This document shows, one piece after another, positions 36,237 through 43,356 of a stretch of DNA of 62,994 nt (position 1 is its first letter; each line of letters begins with the position of its first letter). The notes beneath the pieces were generated by a model, which searched no databases, was not told the origin of the DNA, and worked only from the letters and a program-made list of their open reading frames with translations. Made by a program: the position numbers and the translations under genes. The stretch is from a virus. Its lineage: Duplodnaviria > Caudoviricetes. Location of the stretch: positions 1 through 62,994 of IMG/VR virus record IMGVR_UViG_3300048839_001305; one strand, 5' to 3'.

Positions 36237-36440
36237 GTGACGCAGATGCACACACAGAAGAGTGATCCGGCCCGCGCCGCGCTGGTGCGCGGGCTGGCGG
36301 TGCTGTACCGGGCGGCCGTGCTGGAAGTCCTCATGACCCGTTACCGCTGGTCGGCCGAGACGGCCGCCCGCGCCGCCGACGACATCGAGCGGGCGGTCAT
36401 CCGTGCCCGCGCCGCCCCGCCTCCCCAGACCCCGCCCTAG
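36237..36440 (+). CDS. Small hypothetical protein, similar to 33115-33366
   Basis: VLMTRYRWSAETAA. Confidence 0.6.
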   Translation: MTQMHTQKSDPARAALVRGLAVLYRAAVLEVLMTRYRWSAETAARAADDIERAVIRARAAPPPQTPP

Positions 36441-36470
36441 ACCCCGCGCCGGACGGCCGTCGCCCGCTGG

Positions 36471-36533
36471 CAACCAATCTCAACGAATTGAGTATATCTA
36501 CCTATTTACATCTGTTACGCAATCGCTTATACT
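36471..36533 (+). promoter_or_regulatory. TCTCAAC box plus sigma70 promoter
   Basis: CAACCAATCTCAACGAAT at 36471-36488; TTTACA(36505)-17-TATACT(36528). Confidence 0.8.
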
Positions 36534-36538
36534 ATCCT

Positions 36539-36562
36539 TGTGATTGGCGGCGGGGATAACCC
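36539..36562 (+). repeat. Inverted repeat, left arm
   Basis: TGTGATTGGCGGCGGGGATAACCC complementary to 37041-37063 (15 bp perfect core). Confidence 0.9.
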
Positions 36563-36599
36563 AAAGCAACCGGTTAAAAACCACATAGGAGTGATACCC

Positions 36600-37037
36600 A
36601 TGTCTAACACGCCATTCCAGACTGTTATCGGGATGCTGCGGCGGGCGGCGGCTTTTGACAAGCTCCCCCCACAGCAGCAGGCGGCCCTGCGGGCGCAGGT
36701 GAGCCGTCTGAGCAAGACGACCACTGACCCGCAGATCGCTGAGGTGCTGACCCAGATTCGGGCCACCATCGGTGAGGCCGAACGCAAGGACACCGGCGGG
36801 ATGACCGTCGAGGACTTGTTGGACGAGCACCGCGCCGGGTACGCCCACTACGATCCGCGCCGCCGGGCCGCTTTCAAGAGCCGCATGACCCGGCTGGCGA
36901 AAGCCGCCGAAGAAGACGGCGACGCGGACGCGGTGGCAACGTTGACGGCGCTGGCGGACGAAATCCGGGCCTCTGAGGAATCGGAGGCGCGGGAAGAAAT
37001 CCGCAAGCTGGCTGAGGCGCTGCGGAGCGCCAACTAA
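36600..37037 (+). CDS. All-helical protein with two internal repeats, monocistronic
   Basis: AGGAG SD; FDKLPPQQQAALRAQVSRL vs YAHYDPRRRAAFKSRMTRL. Confidence 0.8.
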   Translation: MSNTPFQTVIGMLRRAAAFDKLPPQQQAALRAQVSRLSKTTTDPQIAEVLTQIRATIGEAERKDTGGMTVEDLLDEHRAGYAHYDPRRRAAFKSRMTRLAKAAEEDGDADAVATLTALADEIRASEESEAREEIRKLAEALRSAN

Positions 37038-37040
37038 GTA

Positions 37041-37063
37041 GGGTATCACCGCCGCCAATCACA
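37041..37063 (+). repeat. Inverted repeat, right arm
   Basis: GGGTATCACCGCCGCCAATCACA. Confidence 0.9.
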
Positions 37064-37066
37064 GCC

Positions 37067-37091
37067 GGGGCCGCCGCAGGGCGGCCCCTTT
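37067..37091 (+). terminator. Intrinsic terminator
   Basis: GGGGCCGCC-GCAG-GGCGGCCCC then TTT (short U tract). Confidence 0.6.
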
Positions 37092-37297
37092 GGTGGGCCG
37101 GATAGATAGCTGGTGGGGCGGGCGCGGGCCGACGCGGGCGGCGCGGCAGACGAGTGACAGACGGCCGTCAGGTGGGGACGAACGGCCGCCGGCCGGATGC
37201 CGGATTGCGCCCCGGGCCGGACGCTGGCCGACGCGGCCGTGGCCGGTCGACGTGGGTGGGACTTTTTACCCGCCTCGCCGACGGCCGCCGGGCCTTC

Positions 37298-37348
37298 TCT
37301 CAACCAGTCTCAACGAATATTTGACGCCGATAGCGGAATTCCTATAAT
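37298..37348 (+). promoter_or_regulatory. Late-operon promoter with tandem TCTCAAC boxes
   Basis: TCTCAACCAG-TCTCAACGAA, then TTGACG(37321)-16-TATAAT(37343). Confidence 0.8.
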
Positions 37349-37423
37349 CCGGGGCAGACAAACGAATAACACGCGGCCGGGCCACCATACCCGGTGACGC
37401 GCCAGGAACCGGATAACGACCAC

Positions 37424-37464
37424 GCGGCGCACCCTTCACACGAGGGGTGCGCCGCTTTTCGTTT
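37424..37464 (+). terminator. Leader terminator/attenuator before the capsid gene
   Basis: 14-bp stem GCGGCGCACCCTTC/GAGGGGTGCGCCGC followed by TTTTCGTTT. Confidence 0.75.
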
Positions 37465-37478
37465 GGGGCAGGGGCAGT

Positions 37479-39800
37479 ATGAGCAAGACGAACAAGCAGA
37501 CCCGATTCAGGGAAGTGCAGGGCGAAGTCGCCCTGCTGGAGCAGGCCGGTGAGGCGGCCGCCGGGCCGCGCCGCATCCGTGGCGTGGGGGCGGTGGCCGA
37601 CGCGGTCAACCAGAATCGCCGTTTGTACCCGGCCGACGTGCTCCGCGAGGCAGTCCGCATGGCGCAAGCCAAGCTCACTCGCTCGCTCAGCCAGGGCAAC
37701 ATCCTCGGAGAAGCCGACCATCCGCCGTATGGGCCGCGCGTACTGGAAACGGTCGTCAAGTGGGAGGCCATCACCTTCAACGAGACGACCCGCGCCGTGG
37801 AGGTGGAGGGGACCATTATCCCCACCGACGCGGGCCGGAACGTGCTGACGCTCATGGAGGCCGGTGTCTTCCCCGGACTGTCGCTCAGAGGGCATGGCGA
37901 TAGCCAGTACGACATCGAGAAAGATATTGAGACCGTGACGCGCCTTGAGTTGATCGGGTTCGACCTGGTCTTTGAGCCGTCCTTCGAGGACGCCGGGGTC
38001 ACGGCGCTGGAACACAAACAACATCAGGAGAGGGGAGAGCCAACGATGGAACCGAAGAACGAAGATAAGGGCGTCGTGGACGCCAAGCTGGCGGCCGAGG
38101 TGCAAGAGCAGAGCCGCCGGCGCGAGGACGCCGAGAAGGCGCTGGCCGAAGCCAAGCGCCGCGAGGAAGAGCAGGCGGCCGAGGTCAAGCGGCTGGCCGA
38201 TGAGAAGGGCAAGCTGGAAGAGGCCGCCCGCGCCCGCGCCGTGGCCGACGCCATCGCCGTTGAGACGGCCGCGCTGCCCTACGACGCCGTTGTGGTCGCC
38301 CGCATCCGCGAGGCGGCCGAGGGCGCGGGTCTGGCCGACGCCGACGCCGTCCGCAAGTTCGTGGCCGGCGAGCGGGCGCGTGTGGACGCGCTGGCCGAGG
38401 CGCTCAAGCGCGAGGCCGAGAAGGCGGCCGAGGCCAAGCGGATCGAGGAAGAGAAGGCCGAGGCTGACCGCCGCGCCGAGGCGCGGGGCTTCAAGGTCAA
38501 CGGCCCGGTCATCGAGACGGCCGCCGGTGTGCCGGAGTACGCCACCTACAGCCACGAGCTGCGCGAGCAGTTGCGCGTGCGCGGTCTGGGCACCGAGTAC
38601 GACGCCGCCAAGGGCCAGAGCCGCGCCGAGACGCTGGCGCGCAAGATGCTGGAGGCGTTCGACAAGCAGTATCAGCGCCAGCTCATCGCCGAGCAGGCCG
38701 CCCTGCGCGAGGCTACGGCCACGTCCGACCTGAACCTGCCGACGCAGATCAGCCGGGCCATCATCGCCGAAGCCGTGCCGGAGATCGTCGCCGCCAACGT
38801 CTTTGACTTTGGTCTGATCGACGGCTCGCCGACGCGGGTGTGGTTCGAGGCGTATGCCGGTGAGTCCGGCTCCGCGCCGGCCGTCACCGATGAGGTCGTC
38901 GCCGCCGACCACGATGCGTGGGTCGCCCTGGCCAACAAGCACCTGCGCCGCAGCCCGGCCCCGGTCGTCACCAACTCGGCCGGCTCCACGACCTACACGG
39001 AGTGGACGGACTACATGATCGACCACGCCGACGGCCGTCTGTACGCCTTCTCGACCGGCACGATCACCGACGCCCAGTCCCTCAAGATCGACTACACCTA
39101 CGACAAGGTCGCCGTGGGCGAGGGTGGGGCCATCCAGCGCGGCAAGGGCACGCTGGCCTACCAGGACGTGTCGGTCGCCGCCAAGCGCCTGGCCGGCCTG
39201 GTCAACGACGAGGCCGTCGCCTTCGGCCAGTCGCAGCTCGGTTGGGACCCGGTGACGCGGGTCGTCTCGATGCTCATCCGTGAGCTGCGCGAGATGATCG
39301 ACAACGCCGTCTTCTCCAAGGCCATCGCCGCATCGGTGCAGTCGGGTAACTTCGGCGGCTTGTGGATGGCCGCCTCCGACACCGAGTCCGACCTGGTGAA
39401 GCAGATGGGCATCGCCAAGGTAGCCGTCGAGAACGACTACTACATGCCGCGCTACTTCGTCATGTCCAAGACCAACGCCGACCGTCTGTCCAACTGGACG
39501 GGTCTGACGCGCGAGGGCTTCCCCGATGCGCTGCTGGGCGCGGCCGGGTTCGCCAATATGCAGGTCAAGGGTCTGCCCATCTTCTCGACCACGGCCATGC
39601 CCGACACCCACATCCTGGTTGTCCACCCCGAACTGGTGCAGCACCGGGTGCTGTCCTCGCGGCCGATGTCGCTCAAGGGGCCGTTCCAGTACCGCGACAC
39701 CAACGGCAACCTGGTGGCGGCTCAGGAGTGGTACATCGAAGAGTACAACGGGCAGTGGGCATTCATCAACAACAAGGGCGGCTACGTCCGCGTCGCCTAG
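37479..39800 (+). CDS. Prohead protease-scaffold-major capsid polyprotein
   Basis: N-terminal NQNRRLYP, LGEADHP, GLSLRG.G, FDLVFEPS (T4 gp21-like protease); central coiled coil; C-terminal HK97-type capsid region. Confidence 0.88.
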   Translation: MSKTNKQTRFREVQGEVALLEQAGEAAAGPRRIRGVGAVADAVNQNRRLYPADVLREAVRMAQAKLTRSLSQGNILGEADHPPYGPRVLETVVKWEAITFNETTRAVEVEGTIIPTDAGRNVLTLMEAGVFPGLSLRGHGDSQYDIEKDIETVTRLELIGFDLVFEPSFEDAGVTALEHKQHQERGEPTMEPKNEDKGVVDAKLAAEVQEQSRRREDAEKALAEAKRREEEQAAEVKRLADEKGKLEEAARARAVADAIAVETAALPYDAVVVARIREAAEGAGLADADAVRKFVAGERARVDALAEALKREAEKAAEAKRIEEEKAEADRRAEARGFKVNGPVIETAAGVPEYATYSHELREQLRVRGLGTEYDAAKGQSRAETLARKMLEAFDKQYQRQLIAEQAALREATATSDLNLPTQISRAIIAEAVPEIVAANVFDFGLIDGSPTRVWFEAYAGESGSAPAVTDEVVAADHDAWVALANKHLRRSPAPVVTNSAGSTTYTEWTDYMIDHADGRLYAFSTGTITDAQSLKIDYTYDKVAVGEGGAIQRGKGTLAYQDVSVAAKRLAGLVNDEAVAFGQSQLGWDPVTRVVSMLIRELREMIDNAVFSKAIAASVQSGNFGGLWMAASDTESDLVKQMGIAKVAVENDYYMPRYFVMSKTNADRLSNWTGLTREGFPDALLGAAGFANMQVKGLPIFSTTAMPDTHILVVHPELVQHRVLSSRPMSLKGPFQYRDTNGNLVAAQEWYIEEYNGQWAFINNKGGYVRVA

Positions 39801-39822
39801 TCCGGTTCTGAGGATGTAAGTC

Positions 39823-39861
39823 AGGGGCGGGTAGTCGCGCGGGCGGCCGCCCGCCCCTTTA
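39823..39861 (+). terminator. Hairpin after the capsid gene
   Basis: AGGGGCGGG...CCCGCCCCT then TT. Confidence 0.5.
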
Positions 39862-39874
39862 AGGGATAACCACC

Positions 39875-40225
39875 ATGAGTAACGCAGTTGTGGAACTAAT
39901 CAGCCCCTTCGAGGGTCGCCTGAACGAGGGCAAGGTCGCCACGGCGGCCCTGGCCGACGCGGCCGTGACCAAGCCCAAGCTGGGGACGGGCTTCCTGAAG
40001 ATGGCCCTGGTCAACGGGGCCGCGGCCGGTAACGTCACCGTGACGGGCATCGCCACGGCCGACGCGCTCATCGGCGTCCTGCACCTGCCGGACGCGGGCG
40101 CAATCGACGCCATGGCCGACCTGACGAGCGAGTTTTCCATCACCGCCGCCAACACCATCAACAACACCGGCGGTACGGCTTCGACCAACGGCAAGCTGCT
40201 GATCTTCTACCAGGATCGCGCCTAG
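39875..40225 (+). CDS. Putative capsid decoration protein, paralog 1
   Basis: Follows capsid; similar to 40259-40543. Confidence 0.6.
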   Translation: MSNAVVELISPFEGRLNEGKVATAALADAAVTKPKLGTGFLKMALVNGAAAGNVTVTGIATADALIGVLHLPDAGAIDAMADLTSEFSITAANTINNTGGTASTNGKLLIFYQDRA

Positions 40226-40258
40226 CGATCCGCCCAGCCAGAACACAGGGAGAGATAC

Positions 40259-40543
40259 ATGAGCGTGGAACGTACATCTTTCACCCGGCCGATCACCGCC
40301 CCCGGTTACACCCGGGTGGCCGTTGTGCCCGGTGGCCCGCCCGGCCCCGTCCCCGTCCCCGGCATCAAGCTGACCGAGGCGCTGGTGGGCGTCGTCTACT
40401 ACCCCGGCGCGGGCACGATGGTGACGGACGTCATCGACCTGACGGGACAGTTCACCATCTCGGCCGACGGGACCATCAGCAACAACGGCGGGGCGGACAC
40501 CTCGGCCGGCAAGCTGCTGCTGGTGATCCAGGATCGTTCCTAG
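40259..40543 (+). CDS. Putative capsid decoration protein, paralog 2
   Basis: DLTGQFTISADGTISNNGG..GKLL...QDRS. Confidence 0.6.
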   Translation: MSVERTSFTRPITAPGYTRVAVVPGGPPGPVPVPGIKLTEALVGVVYYPGAGTMVTDVIDLTGQFTISADGTISNNGGADTSAGKLLLVIQDRS

Positions 40544-40553
40544 CGGATACGCC

Positions 40554-40931
40554 ATGCTCGTCACGGCCGTCAACCGGACAAACGAACCCGTGCTGGTGGG
40601 AGCGTACTTCCTTCTGCCGGGGGAGGGGCGGCGCGTCACCCTTGGCGACTACATCCAGGCCCGCGCCGTGCATGGCGCGGGCCTGGATTCGGCCGACGCC
40701 CCGGCGGCGGCCGTGGTGCTGGCCGAGCCGGAACTGGACGCCGACCTGGAGACGGCGGCCGATGAGCCGGATGAGTACTCGCTCGACGTACTGGACGGCG
40801 ACGTGGGCGAGCGCGATCTGTGGGCCATGACGCGGGCGGAGCTGGCCGAACTGGCCCGAACGCACGGGCTTGTGCCCGGCCGCCGCACCAAGCGGGAGCT
40901 AATCGAGGCGCTGCATGAGTACGCTGACTGA
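40554..40931 (+). CDS. Head-region protein with C-terminal HeH/Rho-N-like motif
   Basis: LWAMTRAELAELARTHGL..TKRELIEAL. Confidence 0.7.
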   Translation: MLVTAVNRTNEPVLVGAYFLLPGEGRRVTLGDYIQARAVHGAGLDSADAPAAAVVLAEPELDADLETAADEPDEYSLDVLDGDVGERDLWAMTRAELAELARTHGLVPGRRTKRELIEALHEYAD

Positions 40932-41577
40932 ACTGGTCGCCCAACTGGCCGCGCTTGTGCCCGCCCAATCCGGCGCGCCGTCCACAGCTCAGTACCAGCA
41001 GGCGGTGCGCGCGGCGGTGGGTGACTTCGGCTATCGCGTGCCGCGTACGCTCTATGGGTCGCTGGCGGTGGTGGCCGGGACGGCCGCCTACGCCCTGCCC
41101 GACGGGTTCCAGCGCCTCATTCAACTGGAAGCACTCGGCGGCGAGACCACCCGCGACGCGGGCGGCTTTCTGGTGGCCTTCGACACGGCCGCCGCGCTCG
41201 CCGAGCGCCACGTCATCTCCGGGGGCACTATCACCTTCTACCCCACGCCGGTCTACACGCTGGCCCGCGCCCTGTGGTATGCCGCCGGGTATCCCTACGT
41301 CGCCCTGTCGGACACCTTCGACGGTCTGACGGTCGCGACCGAACAGGTGGTCATGCTCCGCGCCCAGGCCAACGCCCTGCGGGTGCTGTCGAGCGCCACG
41401 GCCGCCGGGCGAGGCATGAGCTACCGCATCGGCGACGTGGCGGTGGACCGCGCCGTGACCCAGCCCCACGCCCAGGCGGCGGAGGAGCTGGACGCGGCCT
41501 ACGCCGACGCCTGCCGGTCGCTGGTCGGGTTCATCGGCGCGCGCGGCGCGCCGGCCGGCTGGGAGGCGCTGCGATGA
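40915..41577 (+). CDS. Head-tail adaptor
   Basis: Position; AYALPDGF; SYRIGDVAVD. Confidence 0.65.
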   Translation: MSTLTELVAQLAALVPAQSGAPSTAQYQQAVRAAVGDFGYRVPRTLYGSLAVVAGTAAYALPDGFQRLIQLEALGGETTRDAGGFLVAFDTAAALAERHVISGGTITFYPTPVYTLARALWYAAGYPYVALSDTFDGLTVATEQVVMLRAQANALRVLSSATAAGRGMSYRIGDVAVDRAVTQPHAQAAEELDAAYADACRSLVGFIGARGAPAGWEALR

Positions 41578-41900
41578 TCCTGAGCGCGGCCGACCTGGAC
41601 ATCATCGCCACCGACATTCAGGCCATCATTGCCGAACGGCCGCTCGCGGTCGCCTTCCGGCGGGGCGGGCTGGCGCTCGCGGCCCAGACGGTGCGCGTGG
41701 TGGCTGCGCGCGGGGCGACCACGGCGCGGGGCGAGGCCACGGCCGCGGCCCGCTGGCCGCTGGTTGTGCTGGGGCCGCCGGCGCTGGACATTGAGATCGG
41801 CGACCGCTTCAACGGCTACAACGGGGAGCTTATCGAGGTGAAGAGCGTCCACAACGACCGACGCGCCTTCACCCAGGCCGGAGCCGACCTGGCGCAGTAG
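41574..41900 (+). CDS. Head closure protein
   Basis: Position; LDIEIGDRF. Confidence 0.6.
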   Translation: MILSAADLDIIATDIQAIIAERPLAVAFRRGGLALAAQTVRVVAARGATTARGEATAAARWPLVVLGPPALDIEIGDRFNGYNGELIEVKSVHNDRRAFTQAGADLAQ

Positions 41901-41907
41901 GGGAGCT

Positions 41908-43356
41908 ATGGGACTTCTGGATCGCTTCCGCCGTAACCCGACCGCCGTGGCCGAGACGCCGCACAACACGTCGCGCGAGACGGTTCCCCCGGCGCGGCCG
42001 TCGGAACTGGTCGAGCGCTTCGGCGTTGAGCGCGGGCGGCACGAGACCGTGCGCAAGGCGCGGGAGATGTACGGCCGCGACCCGCGCATCCAGGGGATGA
42101 TCCGCACGCTGGCCCGTGACGCGGCCAAGAACGGATTCACCGTCACCGTCGCCGAGGGGCCGCGGGCCGAGGAGGCTCAGGCGGCCATCGACGCCCTGGT
42201 GCGCCGGCTGCACCTGAAGCGCAAGCTCGACGACTACGGCCGCATGGCGATGCGTGACGGCGATCTCTTCCTGGAGCCGGGCGTGTCGGCGGCGCGGGAG
42301 ATTGTGGAGTTGACGCGCAAGCCGACCTTGCAGATGGTGCGCCTCTCCGATGAGTTCGACCGCTTTCCCGACCCGGTGCAGGCGTTCGCCTGGACGGACG
42401 CGGCCTCGGCCGCCGCCGGTTCCGTCGGCCGCGACGCGGTCACGTTCCCGGAGTTCCTGATGATCCACGCCCGCTGGAACCACGACTCCGAGAGTCGCTA
42501 CGGCAGCCCGGAATTCGCCGCCGCCGTGGGGGCCTGGAAGCGGGCCAGTGAGGGCGAACTTGACGTGGCTATCGGCCGCAAGACGCGCTCCGGCGTGAGC
42601 TACGTCCACAACCTGGTGGGGGCGTCGGAAGCCGACATCGCCGCCTACAAGAACGCCAACCAGGCGGCGCTGGACAAGCCCTTCGCCGCCCGCGCCGACT
42701 ACTTCATCAACTTCGACGGGGGCATCTCCCAACTCCAGGGGGACAGCAACCTGGGCGAGATTCGGGACGTGGAACACCACATCCAGACGATGACGGCCGC
42801 CAGCCCCGTACCGCTGGAACTGGTGGCCTACGGGGCCAACCTCAACCGCGACGTGCTGCAAGAGAAGAAGCGCCAGTACGACGAGGGTATCGCCGCCGCG
42901 CAGGGCTGGATGGCCGACCAGATCATCGAGCCGCTTATCGAGCGGCAACTGTTGCTGGCGGGCATCCTGCCGGAGAACGTCGAATACGCCATCGGCTGGC
43001 CGGCCAAGCGCGTCCTGACCCCCGCCGACATGCAGGCCCTGGCCGTGGCCGTGGCCCAGATGCGCGCCGGCGGCTGGTCGGACGCGGCCGTCTGGGCGCT
43101 CGTCGAGCGCTATCTGCCGGAGGACGTGACATTGGAGACGCTGTTCAGCGGCCCGCCCGTCGCGCCGCCGGCCGCCCCGGACAATGAAGCCGACGAGGAG
43201 GACGCGGACGACGACGAGGGGGACGACGACGGCGTAGATGACGCCACGACCGAGGCGACCGTGCCGGCGCGGCTGTATGCCGAGACGATGGGCGCGGTCA
43301 ACCGGCTCGTCGGCCGTCTGGACATGGTGATGTGGGAGGACGACGATGGCGCTTAG
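41908..43356 (+). CDS. Portal protein
   Basis: 482 aa; REMYGRDPRI, RDGDLFLE, MIHARW...YGSP; directly upstream of MuF. Confidence 0.8.
   Translation: MGLLDRFRRNPTAVAETPHNTSRETVPPARPSELVERFGVERGRHETVRKAREMYGRDPRIQGMIRTLARDAAKNGFTVTVAEGPRAEEAQAAIDALVRRLHLKRKLDDYGRMAMRDGDLFLEPGVSAAREIVELTRKPTLQMVRLSDEFDRFPDPVQAFAWTDAASAAAGSVGRDAVTFPEFLMIHARWNHDSESRYGSPEFAAAVGAWKRASEGELDVAIGRKTRSGVSYVHNLVGASEADIAAYKNANQAALDKPFAARADYFINFDGGISQLQGDSNLGEIRDVEHHIQTMTAASPVPLELVAYGANLNRDVLQEKKRQYDEGIAAAQGWMADQIIEPLIERQLLLAGILPENVEYAIGWPAKRVLTPADMQALAVAVAQMRAGGWSDAAVWALVERYLPEDVTLETLFSGPPVAPPAAPDNEADEEDADDDEGDDDGVDDATTEATVPARLYAETMGAVNRLVGRLDMVMWEDDDGA

Noticed and set aside
36539-37063. IS or MITE interpretation of the inverted repeats
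   Set aside because: No transposase motif, no target-site duplication, and the arms coincide with predicted transcript ends
36539-37063. Retron a1/a2 repeats
   Set aside because: No reverse transcriptase recognised anywhere in the window
37266-39644. 792-aa minus-strand ORF (also 59724-61778, 41869-43509, 51827-53386 and similar)
   Set aside because: Antisense shadows of well-supported + strand genes; expected at high GC and no recognisable motifs
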